A stretch of 63,194 nt of DNA, the filler included, from Sphacelaria rigidula (lineage: Eukaryota): NCBI GenBank assembly GCA_964200075.2. It is 5 parts of 5 records of this genome, joined end to end, with 100 filler letters (N's around TTAATTAATTAA, not from the genome) between each part and the next. Parts side by side here need not be neighbours in the genome. Positions count along the whole stretch, not along the records: positions 37,980 to 50,537 come from CAXNAA020003633.1; 4 more parts are not named here. One strand, given 5' to 3'. The notes under the pieces are model-generated. The model had not been told where the DNA came from, made no database searches, and saw only the letters and a program-made list of their open reading frames with translations. The position numbers were made by a program, and so were the translations under genes. Positions 38,101-50,637 of this stretch are shown piece by piece; the stretch's first letter is position 1, and each line of letters starts with the position of its first letter.

Positions 38101-41100
38101 TTGTCTATCCCGAGTGCAGGGGCACAGGGTGTTTGTCCGGTCACGGCTATTTTAGCTTCAGGATCTGGCCTTACGACCATGTCAGCTGGCGTGGCGGCGA
38201 AATTGCAAGCCATGATTCCAGATGTCCAAGTGGTAAGACCGATGGCTGGTGAACAGTTGATGAAATTGGCTAATGGCAATGTTGAGCGCGTGAAGCAGAA
38301 TCCTTGCCCTGTCCGCACCGCTTCGCATACCAGCTGGGGTCCGGTTGTGCTGGACCCATGTTCATATGTGGTCATGCCGGGTACCGATGATGTGATCATC
38401 ATGGGGAGCCCTATGCTAGAGGAGCTTGGCATCGACGTGTACAGTACTTTAGGTGCCTGTGCGCGGGCGAGAAACACTTCGGTGCGTGCTGTAGACACGC
38501 CTGAATTCAATTTCGATTGTCGACGTATCAACATCGCGGTTGAGGCTCTGCAGCACCAAGGTGATCGGGAGGAGCCCGTAGATCCCTCAATCGAACGGCT
38601 GGTGTCGCGCGGTCCGGTTGAGATGGCATGGTTGGCACGTTGCATGGCAACGTCGGTGGCGCTCGGGCTCGTGTATCGCAGTTTGCAGGCAGTATTGGCG
38701 AGGGCGGCTGTTGCACCGCCTAAAAAGAGCGGTTTCAGACTGGTGGGTGATTACCGTGCCGTTAATAAGCAGATCGAGAAAGTACCAACTGTGATGCCAG
38801 ACCAAGAAGCGGAGATGGCGGATTTGGTAGGGTCTGCTTGTTTTGGAAAGCTAGACATGCTGCAGGGATACTGACAGATGCCGTTGGCGGCAGATGCCCA
38901 AGAAATCTTCACTGTCGTCACCCCTGACGGGTTATTTACGCCTACGCGCGTGCCTCAAGGAGTACTCAACGCTACGGGGTATTTTCAGGGCACTATGACG
39001 AAGCTATCGACTGGACTTCCATGTAAGGTATGGATAGATGACATCTGTGGTGGGGGGAAAATGAAGATGACTTGCTGTGCACGCTGAATGCAATTTTAAG
39101 CTGCCTCGAGGATGCTGATCTTCTTGCGGCTGCACTCAAGCGCATGTTCTGTGATACGCAAATTACGTGGTGCGGAAAGGCTCTGTCGGGTGGACAGGTA
39201 GCTCACGACAGGGAGCGGCTGAGTGGTTTGGCGAATAAGAGGCGTCCTCAAAACGCGGGCGAGTTGATGCAGCTTTTTCAAGCGGTGAATTGGCTGCGGA
39301 CGTCTCTTCCGAGCCTTGCTGAAGTGGTGGAGCCACTTCGTTTCCTGCTCCAGTAGCATATGGTGGGCAACGTGCGCCGTACAAAGCGGGTTGCTTCAAA
39401 CAGGACAACCAAGTACGCGGCGTAGACGTTGGAGCGTGCGCAAGCTTGGAGAGCGGCGCGAGATTTGGTGGCACATGCTGTTGCTCTGTCACATCCCAAT
39501 AAGGGCTATGAGGTGATGATGTTGCCAGACGCGTCGGATCTTCATTAGGATAGTTTCGTGACCCAGGTACCGAGAGCTGAATTGGATCTCAATATAACGG
39601 TGGAGGACATGAGTCATGAGTCCCTGGGATTTCTCAGTGGGACATTTCGAGGAGCGCAGTTGCGGTGGGCTACGGTGGACAAGGAAGGATATGCCATCTC
39701 GAGTACGTTTCGTTAGAGTAGTACCTTTTGTGGGGAGGAGTGACCATATTTACGGACCATCGCAATCTCGCTTATATTTTTGATCCCGAAGCAGGTGTAA
39801 CCACACTGGTGTAAACTGTCGCCCAGCGCCTTGAACAATGGAAGGCTGTACTCGGGCAGTATGATTATTCAATCAGGCATATTTCTGGTAAGCGTAACTG
39901 CTGGGGAGATCTACTGTCCCGGTGGGTGAACGTTCCAGCGGTATCCGTGAGAGCCATCGCTATTTTTGCAAGTGGAGAGCCTGATGAGACGCTACCGTCG
40001 AAAGAGGCCGTTTGCGAAGCCCAAGAGCAAGCCCGTGAGAGGTTAGGAGGTATGGTTGATGGGGCCGAGACGTTTACTGTCGCTGTTGGGCGTGTCTTCA
40101 AAGACGATGAGGGTTTGTTCTGCGTGCATGTCGCAGCGAGGGATGTACTTTGGATCCCACCGGCAGCGAAAGAACTACAAACACCCTTGATGGTATGCGC
40201 TCACATGAAAGGGGCTGATCACCCAGGGGTTGTGGCAACTTTACAGTGCTTACAAGAGTATTGTTGTTGGTTCCAAATGGAGACTCATGTAACTAAGTTT
40301 GTGAAGCAGTGCCTGCACTGTTTGGATTCCAAGGCGGAGGGGAAGGTCCCGCGTCCCTTCGGGGAGATGGTGCATGGTACCCGCCTAGGGGAGGTACTGC
40401 ATTTTGATTTTCTCTACGTTGGCGAAAGTGGTCCCCTAGTAAGTAGTGGCTTGGACGAAGGAGACGGGTTTAAGTATATATTAACCATGATAGACGATTT
40501 GAGCAACTTCGTGTGGTTGACGCCCGCGGAGTCTTGTACGGCGGCCACGACGGTGAAGCATCTGCTGACATGGTGCAAAACGGTGGGGTCGCCAGAGGTA
40601 TGGGTCAGCGATACGGCATCGCATTTGAAGAATCGTGTGATGAGAGCGCTTGAGAAAGCACTGAAGCTGGATCGCCGATTCGCGGTGGCTAACACGCCAT
40701 GGAGTAATGTTACCTGTGAGCGAATGATGCGTGAGATTGTTGGTTCCTTGAAAGAAAATGTTGCAAGAGGAAAGGCGTGATGTTTGTGAATGGATGAGTT
40801 TTGGTACCTGCAGCGCAATGGGCATTGAACACTGCTTTCCGAGAGCGGTATGCTAGCACGACATACCATGTTATGTTTGGCCGGGCACCGCGCACCAGTT
40901 TCTCTACTCTGGCATCGTCAACTAGGGGCGAGAGGAGCGTCGATGTGCTTGACGAAGACGCTTTGAGGCGACAGGTGACGTCAAGCGTTGAGTCTTAGCA
41001 AGAGCTGCACAGAAGGTGGCGCAGCGTGTCGACAAGAATCGCGATTTACAGAGACGTGTGGCTAATAAGGGGAAGCTTCCTAACTTTGTGGTGGGCGATT

Positions 41101-41549
41101 ACGTGCTGGCGGCGAGGGTGAAGCGTTCGGAAACTGCGCCGAAGCTTGTGAGTACGTGGACGGGACGTTGGCGGATTGTGACGGCGAAATAAGAACATAT
41201 GTACGGGGTACAGAACATTGTGAATGGCGAGGTACAAGACGCCCACCTTCGGTTTTATGCGGACAAGGAGCTGACGATTACGGCTGATGTGAAGGAGGTG
41301 TTCCAGTATTCTTTTGAACAACGCGAGTTCGAGATGGCAGCTATTTTTGGTGAATCTGAGGACGAAGCGGGAGATGGATTTAATATACAAGTGGAGTGGG
41401 TCGGATTTGGCCGAGATGAAAACTCGTGGGAGCCTCTGGAAAACATTTTGGACGGAGCCCCGCAATTTATAAAATCTGAGCTGCGTAAGTTGGGACTAAG
41501 TAAAACAGTGCGAGCACGTTTGCAGGCAAAGTATGGTATGAAGCTTTGA
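38101..41549 (+). pseudogene. pol: protease, RT, RNase H, integrase, chromodomain; multiple stops and frameshifts
   Basis: ILASGSG (DSG site mutated), GDYRAVNKQ, LDMLQGY*QMPL, RVPQG, WIDD, LPDASD, TDHRNL, CAH..H..CLHC, LHFDF, VSDTASH, CERM, and chromo-like VEWVGFGRDENSWEPLENI. Confidence 0.92.
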
Positions 41550-41854
41550 AAGTATGATGATATCGAATACTACTGGTTGAGATGGTACTATACTTGGCAT
41601 CTTTGCTTTGTGTGAGAATGCCATGCGTGGAAAATGCCGTTGAAGAATGGTTGACTTCCCTGAGTCTGTTTGAGACATTGTCTTTGAGTCTCGATGTTCA
41701 AGGTTGTGCACATTATCATTTTTTGTGGAACATGACAGTACAAAGTCGCGTGTCACTACCGGGGGAACAAAGGTAGCATGAATGTGGTAGTCGGTGTCTA
41801 CTCTTTTGTCAAACTCGCGTTCTACTTCGAGTAGAGCGGAGTTTCGGGGGGTGC

Positions 41855-42313
41855 TGTAGAGTAGTCCACCTCCAGTACACGTACGTGCAGGTTCATGATG
41901 ATCTACAAGTGGAACGATTTGCTGTAGGCGTTTTGTATTGGTTGACGGACTTGCGCGTCTGATCGGCAGACTATGTGGATTTAAATATCACATGCTTCAC
42001 GCATGTGGTTACTTCCGATAACGAAGGCTGTGTGTTTATAAACAACAACTGTCTTGAAGTCTCCAAGCCCTAGTGAGGGAGGAAGCCCCTGGAGCAGTCT
42101 TGTGGCCTTGTTCTGAGTCCAGGAGGGCTATATAGCCGCGCACGAGTTTTTTCCCACTGGCAGTCAACCGGCGACGAATGGCGACTTGATGTGCTAGATG
42201 AAGACGTGCTGCGGGAGAAGGTGGCATCAGTCGTGGAGGCGCAGCAAGAGTTGCACCCGGAGGTGGCGCAGCGTGTTGAGAAGACTCGTGAACTGCAACG
42301 ACGTGTTGCTACA
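41855..42313 (+). repeat. Putative 3' LTR
   Basis: Begins TGTAG directly after the purine tract plus TGC, ends CTACA, TATA-like CTATATAG near 42128. Confidence 0.55.
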
Positions 42314-42346
42314 GGCTGGGCCGCCTAGGACTAGGAAAGGGATGTG

Positions 42347-42979
42347 AACACGCGATTTAGCAGGTGAATTTCACGTCGTTTAAGATGAAATTTTGATACG
42401 ATGTACAAAATTTATGTGCAAAGACGCCACTTTTTTATACCCTGCATTTTGTTTTCCTTTTTGAAGTTATTTACGATTTTGTTCCGAGAAACTGTTCTGA
42501 AATTTTTGGCCGCCGATAACTCACGGAGAAAAAAACTATAACGTAGGGTGGGAAAAGTGGCTTCTTCGCACATACATCCTGTACATTGTCTCACAATTTC
42601 ATTGAAAACGACTTGAAATTCAGCTGCTACATCGCGTGTCCGCGTCCAAGACTGGTTCCTATGTGTAGATGGACCAGCCACGAAAAAATGGAACGCGGTT
42701 ATGCTGTTCAATTTTTCAAGTATTTTTTCACGAAAATTCAACATGATACGCATGAGGTATGTTTTGAACTCCCTATTATTCCCCCTTGACGTTTTTTGTT
42801 TTTTAATGAGTTGTCGACTCTTTTGTACCAGAAACAATGTTCCGGAATTTAGATCACCAAGAACATAGGAGGAAAACAAAAAAAAGGGGCAAACGGTAGG
42901 GGCTTCATATAGATCCCACGTATATCGTGTCAAAATTTCATGGAAAACAACGTCAAATTGAGCAGTGAAATCGCGTTTT
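42347..42979. mobile_element. AT-rich MITE with ~70-bp imperfect TIRs
   Basis: ACGCGATTT...ATGAAATTTTGATACGAT mirrored by ATCGTGTCAAAATTTCAT...AAATCGCGT. Confidence 0.65.
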
Positions 42980-43012
42980 TCTGTCGAGAACCGGTTAACC
43001 TGCTTTTAGAGT

Positions 43013-43271
43013 TGTAGACTCTAGTCACCAATTGTTACCTAAGGTCAGGGACGTTGTAGGTGGAGTTGCGGGTCTGATTGCCGGACTCTGTGATGGTGAC
43101 TTCCATGACGAGTAGAGCCGTTTTTGCCACTCTGGTGGAGAGAGGTTATGGTCCTGTTCTCCTGTACTATGCTGAGGGTTAATACATGAATAACTTAAGC
43201 TGCTGAAGTCCATGTGCCCGTGATGGCAGGAGTCCACATGGCAATCTGATCTTGAGTGACAGAAATCTACA
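43013..43271 (+). repeat. 5' LTR
   Basis: TGTAGA...TCTACA termini, aligns along its length with 46897-47157. Confidence 0.88.
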
Positions 43272-43790
43272 ATGAACGTTCATTGAGTTCGCTGACTAGC
43301 GGTAGGTCCGCTGAAAAGCAGCTGACACTTCAAGATAGGGAAGTCTGCAGGCCTGATCAGTTTGCAGCAAACAAGACCAGCTCAAGGCGTGTTAACGTCG
43401 CGAGGAGTTGAAGAAGTAGAGCCCAGGAGGTTCTGAGGTAGTGCTAGGATCAGCTGTGGTATCGCTCGTGCGAGAGGTGCGGGGAGTTGATCGACAGCTG
43501 GCGAGCCCGTGCACGTTCCAGAAAAACGGCGAAATTACTGCCTGGTGGGGCCAGCGAGGGTTGCTTGTTCCACGCTTGGCCAGGTACGGTCAGGAAGAGG
43601 AATCTAAGGACTTCAAACACGTGGTGAGAACCGCGTGAGGAAGAGGCGCTGTGGCCATAGTCGTTTGGTGGCCAAGCGCATCTTGGTATAAGGAGAGAGT
43701 TGTTGTTCCTGTGAGTGGGAGGCGACTTCGTTTTTAAAAAAAGCGTGTTAAGTGCTGTACTGCTGACCGAAATGTACGAGGTGCAGGAGT

Positions 43791-44629
43791 ATGCCGCGTC
43801 GTGCGCCGCAACAATATCTTGTCATCGATGATTGCGCTGTCGGTGTACGATGTCTGGATATGCCCTACTATACGGTCGCAAGTTCTCAAGTGAAAAATGT
43901 GCTCAGTTTCTGCGGAAGTATGAGGACTACCTTCGTGAGGTGCACGCAACGAACGAGCGTCAAGCACGCTGGCACGCTGTTGAGGAGCCAGCGGTCTCTG
44001 ACCTCATGCCCGCACATATCGAGAACTGTCTATGTGACACATTTTTGGATGGTGCGAATGATGTTGGGCAAGAGAAATCGCTTTTTGCGCTGCGCAAGCA
44101 TGCATCTTATGAATCGCCGAGTGTGGTGCAAGATAGTGTGAAGGTCGGCGGCGGCGGAGACAGGCACGACACTGCACCCGCCGAACTTCCAGTAGGTGCT
44201 GCGCGTTTGAAACCACGATACAGGGCGGATGCTTGCCCTGTGACAGCCAAGAAACATGTGTCTGCCCGAGGGGACAGGCACGACACTGCACCCGCCGAAC
44301 GTCCAGTAGGTGATGCGCGTGTGAAACCACGATACAGGGCGGATGCTTGCCCTGTGACAGCCGAGAAACATGTGTCTGCCCGAGGGGATAGGCGCGATAG
44401 TGGACCCGCCGAACGTCCAGTCGGTAGGGCGCGTGTGAAATCACGATACAGGGCAACTGTTTCCGTTGTGAGGAGCGGGAAGGAGGCACAGCACGTGCCT
44501 GTCAAAGCGGGTAGGCATGAGAGCGCGCCCGCCGACAGTAACACGGTAAGCATTGGTTTGGATGCTGCAGGTATTGCTGCTGGAGAGGGCGAATATGTCA
44601 CGCAGCTCGAGCAGACTGCCGGCAGCTGA
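43791..44629 (+). pseudogene. gag-like ORF, probable frameshift near 43865, containing 114-bp (38-aa) tandem repeats
   Basis: KFSSEKCAQFLRKYEDYLREV resembles stramenopile Gypsy gag N-termini. Repeat units at 44159, 44273 and 44387. Confidence 0.55.
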
Positions 44630-46896
44630 GCAGTCGCTGCTGCCGTTCAGGGGTGCGCTGAGCACGAGGTGGTGGCTGAAGCGGATATATTTGATCCAGC
44701 CGCTGCTGCCGCTGCTGTTGGAAGCGCGAAGCCAATTTGCTCCGATGAGCTAGCGCTGAGCGGCAAAGGTCCAGGTTGCTTGTGGCCGCCGGACCAGAGC
44801 ATGATTGGGGACACACCTCGGATGCTCACCGCTCGCTGCAAGGGGGTGTTATCTTCGTGATGAGATTGAGCAGAGCAAGCTTGGGGCTTGCGATGCTCGG
44901 GGTGAATCTATCTGCGCCAGTGACAGGGCGGGAGATCGTTCAGATGATTCGCACGGGGTCTGCTGGAAGGACTGGTGGATGCCGGGTTGGCGGAATTGCC
45001 GCCGGAGCAGCGCGTAGCTGTGGACACGCCTTGCATGATTGAAACAACAGGGGTGTGTGACCCGCGTGAAGCGGGTACGCAGAGGGAGCTGCAAGCTCGT
45101 GATGCTGTTAGCGATCACAATTCTGACGGCGACGACAAGCGTCGCGTGGTGTTGGGATGGTCGTGTGCACTGCTGTGTGTACATGGATAGTTTTGGCGTA
45201 TTTGGCGGTGATGGCGGAGGTGTCTCCATTGTTTCGCCGCGGGGTGTTTGAGGAGGATAGTGTGCCATCAGGAGATGTTGCTGTTCGGGACTGTGTAGCT
45301 GTTCCCGTTTCGTCTAAGGTTTCCTCTGTAAAACTGGCTGAAGCACAGGTGTTCAGTACTGCCCAAGTGTCTGTGGAGGCAGATGATCTGTCGCATTGGT
45401 TTGACGGTGCGAATATACCTTTTCGAGGCGTGTCGAGCTGCACCATGGGGGTGCCAGGTGTAGCTAGACTGAAGGTGGAAGGAGGGAGTGTCCGAGGGGA
45501 AAGGATGCTCTACGCTGTGCACGGGGTTGTGGTTCGAGTGCTGCTGTTTCTCAGCAGCGGGCTGGAGGACTACAAAGAAGGCATTACCTGAGGTGCTTGC
45601 TGTTGTGGTGAGCGCGGAGTTGGGTGATGATGTTGAGGAGCAAGTGCTGAGGTGATTTAGTGCTTGCTGAGAATGAGGAGACACATTATGACTGGTATTC
45701 ACAGAACGTTTTGAGAATGATTGCAGCTTGTTATGGTGCGGTTTGTGGTCATGCTTGCGCATGAAACATGGTTGTTGAGCGAGTATGATCGTATCGCGTG
45801 TGCAGGGTAAAACTCTGGCGTACATGTGGGTATTTGGCATGTGTGTGTTGCACTGATGTGGTTGGCACGGATGATGCATGGCGTTTGCTGAGAGGAAAGT
45901 GGCATTGCATGTGCTGAGTGAAGTAATGGCATGCATGTGCGGATTTTCATATGCTGAGTGGAATTTTGGCAGGCATGTGCGAATTTTTGCTCGAATGGGA
46001 CTGATATGCATGGTATCTGGTGACGACCTAGGGTGGGGCAGTTTTCAATATGCTGCTGTATGCTAAATGAAGTGAAGCTCGTGTAATCTTGTTCGCGCAG
46101 GAACACAGTCGAATCAAATTTGTGCGATTTACACGTACTGACTACAGGATATATGGATTGCTGCTGTTAGCTTGAAAATAAGCAGAAACTACGAAATGCG
46201 TGGGCTCGTACTGACAGTAGGAGACGGTGACACCTGCTGTTAGCGTGAAAATGAGCTGAAAGGTATGTGAGTAGGTTATGGCTTTCCTTTGATTGTCTTG
46301 ATGAAATCATGGCAGGTTGAAGCATTGAAGCTTTGACGGCGGTGAGGCATCCATGCGATCCGTACGTTTTTTACGGTGCTGCAGAAGCAAGAGGCCAGGT
46401 GCGTTTAGACGATTCGGGTGCTTATTCCCTTCTCGCGTGAGGATGATGCATCATTTGGGTGTTGCACTCCGTTGCGCAGGTGTTGAACGTACAAAGAGTG
46501 CATTTTGTACGTTGAGAAGTACCTTGTCTCGGATGAGAGGGACGATGAATCACGAATGCTCTGGACTTTGACGTTCGCTGACATTCCGGGTTTCGTGCCG
46601 ATGAAGAGTCAAGAGACTTGTTTTCGGCGAAGATTTGAGAATTGGCGCTAGCTATCGCTTTGTAAATCGAAGTGGTGCAAGTAGCGTGATGGCATGCTCA
46701 TGATAGACGACAATTCCTCGGGATATCTTGCGAGTTGTTTGGAAATGGAGCAAGCTTGTATGGAGCTGTTGTCGAAAGCAGCGGAAGAGATCGCTATTCT
46801 TTGCGGAAAACGACGGTACTATCAGGCACCAATGATGTCTGAGTTTGTCAAGCCCTGATGTAACTACTTGTTCGTAGTAGAGAGCTTTCGGGGTGC

Positions 46897-47157
46897 TGTC
46901 GACTCTAGCCACCAATTGTTACCTAAGGTCAGGGATATTTTGTAGGTAGAGTTGCGGGTCTGATTGCCGGACTCTGTGATGGGTGACCTCCATGACGAGT
47001 ACAGCCGGTTTTCTTACTCTGGTGGAGAGAGTCTGTTGTCCTGCACTCCTGTACTATGCTGAGGGTTGATACATGAATATCTAAAGCTGCTGAAGTCCAT
47101 GTGCCGTGGTGGGAGGAGTCCACATGGCGATCTAATCTTGAGTCACACAAGTGTGTA
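46897..47157 (+). repeat. 3' LTR (diverged 3' terminus)
   Basis: TGTCGACTCTAGCCACCAATTGTTACCTAAGGTCAGGG matches the start of the 5' LTR. Confidence 0.88.
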
Positions 47158-48116
47158 GCCCGTTCGTTGCGGGTATGCATGACTAATCTACTTTGAGCAT
47201 TTCTTGCGACGGGAAGGCTATGAGATATCTGCCTGGCCACCACAAAATCACGTTTTTCTCTCAATTTGTTTTTGCTGTCCAGCAGCGACAAAAGCGATGC
47301 CTTGAAGGCATGTATGTAGACTCATTATTACCTTGATTCGGTACATGACTGCAGTGGAGAAAATGCATAGCAGGCCTTTATAGGCTGGTTGATGAATATC
47401 GGATCTGAGAGTATGATCGGCGGATTCCGTGGTATATGAGATGTGCATACAAGGTGCGCAGGTCACTTCCGGTAAAAAAGACTGTGTTTGTGAACAACTG
47501 AGTCCAGGACGATATAAGCACCGCCCCATCGATCGGAAAAGAAGAATGATTGAAATATTGCCTATTGGTGCCGTTTGGTGGACTGCTATGATTCCCACTG
47601 ATTATTCTGATTAACACCAGTCTACTGGACGATGGGTTCTCATCTGCCCAGCTAGTCACACAATTCCTTTGAGGCCCTTAGGACTGAAAAGGCTTCTACT
47701 GAACCGAAATTAAAAAAAATTATCCTGTCCGTCCGGGGTTCATTATGAAGCTCCGAACCACGCACTTTTTTTTCCGAATTGATTAAAAGCCGCGCTGCGC
47801 GAAAAAACCACCTCATCACTCTTTTAACATTAATCGAGACGCCCTCAACAAGTTTCAGCTTCATTGGTGCTCATGGCGTTGTGTTTCGCTTCTGTCTCTG
47901 GGCGCACACATGTACACCCACACCCCGATTTCGACCCCTTTTGACTAGAGCGACTTTTGATTGAACTTCTCAAACTTGACTGTCGCAACTTCAAACGAGG
48001 CACTTTTGAAGGTTGTAGGCATCACACGCAGCAACCTTTGAAGACGCTCAAGATAGCTCAGCTTCATTGCTGCTTTCTTTGTTGTCTTCGCTTGTGCGTG
48101 CCGACGCCGTTCGTAG

Positions 48117-48428
48117 CTGGGGTGGAGGAGGTGTTAGAGTACATGATCGATGATCACCCCCTTACACCGACCCGATCATTCCGGGGGCACCTCAACTACG
48201 AGCTATCGGTCACCGGACACGCGATTGATCCGAACTAATCTCGGTTTACATGTCGACAAACGGCGAGAGTGCGGATTCCCCTCATCGAAGAGTACGAGGG
48301 CGGTAGAGACGTTCACTCTCTACCCTCCTTCGAGCGAACTCAAATCCGGTCGTCACGTCGTGAAGTTTTGCCAGGAGAGCGGATAGGTCGGATAACGAGT
48401 ATGAAGCGACCAGAAAATCGGCAACAAG
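48117..48428 (+). pseudogene. Candidate symmetric phase-1 exon with one in-frame TAA; product unknown
   Basis: Acceptor TTCGTAG, donor CAAG|GTGAGT, 312 nt in one frame except TAA at 48236-48238. Confidence 0.3.
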
Positions 48429-50219
48429 GTGAGTCTGGCTGTATACAAAATCCGCAAGGAGTTCGCATCTACTGTGGTCATCGCTATCTGTGTTGGTCTC
48501 TCTCCTGTCTTTCCTACCTCGCCTCTCCTCAGTATACATACAGCCAAGAGTTCGTGTAATGTGTACTGAGAGTACCTTCCGTCTGGTGCATATTTTACGT
48601 CGGCAAAGCAAAGCAAGGTGTCTGGGGTCCGTTTTTGTTGGTGTGTCCTACTGTGTGTTGCTGTGTCTGCCTTCCTCTCTCTCTCCTGGCTCTCTTCTTC
48701 TCAGCCTACAGGTGTATGTGTGTGTTTTGTATGCTGAGTGTGCTCTCACACTGTAATGTATGTGTGTCCATTACAAATACCAAGGAGAAGCCGGAGGTGC
48801 TTTGTTGAGAAGGGTAAACGGTTGTCTAGTACTGTACTGTCTTACTGTTCTGCACTGTCTGTAGGTTCCCAGAGTCGGAAAAATCGATCATTTGTCTGCA
48901 AATTACTTGATCTTAGTGTGATTGATTCGAATCTATCCCTAGGCCTTGTTTTGAGCGTTGCAAGCCAGGTACGCGCAGCCCAGGCACGTGTAATGGTGCA
49001 AAAGTTACGTGTTTGACCAGCGGTCGACTTTTTTTCTCTCTTTCGAGCAATCAGGCCTGAAAAATCGTGGATTTGGCTATTCGAATCGGCAATAATTCGT
49101 CCGAACCGTGGTAGGTTCTATCTAACTTATCATGACAGGCAAGTGACAGCTGTTTCGTTCATTTCTCCGTCGACCAGAACAATAATGTAAATCCGGTGAT
49201 GCATAATCGTTTTCGTACTTGATCGCAATCCGGCTTGCTAAAAGTTGGATACTGTAAAAATTCGTCCCGATCCACAACCCTCAGATTCCGCTACGCTCTG
49301 ATCCTCCACTATGCTCCTCTTGTAAAAATGGCATATTTATAGTTCTCGAAGTATGAATTTCATCCCGGTACTCGTCAGTTCTGTAAGATTTGTGAAGACT
49401 CTCATACCCTACCGAACACACCCTAACCCTACGAAAAAAACAGCCAGTTCAGTTCGGTAGAAACTAGCCGCGCCAGTTGCCAGTACATCGATTTTCTTCC
49501 AGTTAGTCGCCCCTCCCGGCTGGTGGGGGGTGCCGCGCAGGAGCGCCGCCCGAGGCAGAAGAAATTACGGTGTTTGACCTATTTTCTCTCCAAAGACCGT
49601 GAATAGTCGTGAAAAATGCAACCACTTACATTGACCTGGTACGAGGCTTGAACAGCTCAAAAATGTCTTGGAACGTGGTAAGCGATTAAAAAATTATCAA
49701 TCTGTAGTATGCAGCAGCAGAGACTCTCCATGAGGACCTGAAGATAGGAACAAGTATGCCAAGGCTGGCGGTACCTCGGGACAAATAGCACGAATTATCA
49801 CCGGGCTCGTTGAATACAATGCTTGTGTATTTTGTGATCGCCGGTTACCGTTATTTTTTTTCATTAGGTACATATCTGTACTACATCATGTTCAGAACGC
49901 TATTCATGCAAGGGGCAATTGGGGATTGGCGTTCGAGACTTTCGCATCAAGCGTCCCACCGTAATCAAGTCACATTTCTGTGTTTCATTTTCCTCATTCG
50001 ACTGACCAACCGTCGACCGACCTGCTGTCGTCGATAGATGAAAACTGCAGAACAACCAGGTACCAACGAAGTTTGTGGTACCTGTACTGCTGTAGACGGC
50101 AAACTTCATTCGTACGGTCTAAACATATATGGTATTCCTTTCTTATAAACTCCCCATAATAAAACCAATATAAAAATACTCAGTAACAACAACTGCAACA
50201 TAGGAGTCACGTGCCGATG

Positions 50220-50418
50220 CGTTCATTCCGCCGCTCGTTTCGTTCGAAAAAGCTAAGCTTTTCTGTTTTTGGCCATGCCCGTCGCACGCAACTAATTATA
50301 AAATGGACTTGAAGCGATCTGAGAACATGAATGCCGTGGACGTGTCTGATACGGCCTCGTAGCGATCAATTCGATTCGACCGCATGATTTCGAGTCGTTT
50401 TTTGTTATAAGACACGGC
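50220..50418 (-). mobile_element. Terminal fragment of the GGCCGTGTCT Harbinger-like family
   Basis: Reverse complement of 32240-32440, ends GACACGGCC|TGA. Confidence 0.7.
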
Positions 50419-50537
50419 CTGATGTGATATGATGTGACTGAAGGGCGTAGCCATGATCTTGGGCAAAAGTGACATTGAATGATGGACATTTTCACATTCA
50501 AAATAGCGGGAAATTGGCTGCCTCTTGGGTTGACGAT

Positions 50538-50637
50538 NNNNNNNNNNNNNNNNNNNNNNNNNNNNNNNNNNNNNNNNNNNNTTAATTAATTAANNNNNNN
50601 NNNNNNNNNNNNNNNNNNNNNNNNNNNNNNNNNNNNN
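50538..50637. other. Artificial contig linker
   Basis: Same 100-nt linker. Confidence 0.97.

Larger units (their letters stand above)
37980..42313 (+). mobile_element. Degenerate chromodomain-bearing Ty3/Gypsy element, 5'-truncated by the contig end
   Basis: pol domains in Gypsy order, polypurine tract near 41830-41851, and a TGTAG...CTACA-bounded 3' segment. Confidence 0.9.
43013..47157 (+). mobile_element. Non-autonomous LTR retroelement with two ~260-bp LTRs and a gag-like ORF, no pol (TR-GAG/LARD-like)
   Basis: Direct repeats 43013-43271 and 46897-47157, 5' LTR TGTAGA...TCTACA, purine tract AGTAGAGAGCTTTCGGGG before the 3' LTR. Confidence 0.88.

Noticed and set aside
5128..41190. Stop codons in both pol genes as programmed readthrough or targeted hypermutation
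   Set aside because: Stops are scattered, mostly simple transitions, and come with frameshifts, consistent with neutral decay
45268..46011. 247-aa minus-strand His/Cys-rich ORF
   Set aside because: Antisense reading of a TG/CATG-rich internal region of the LTR element, with no domain signal
43008..47162. Target-site duplication for the gag-only element
   Set aside because: Flanks AGAGT and GCCCG do not match and the 3' LTR end is diverged, so none is claimed
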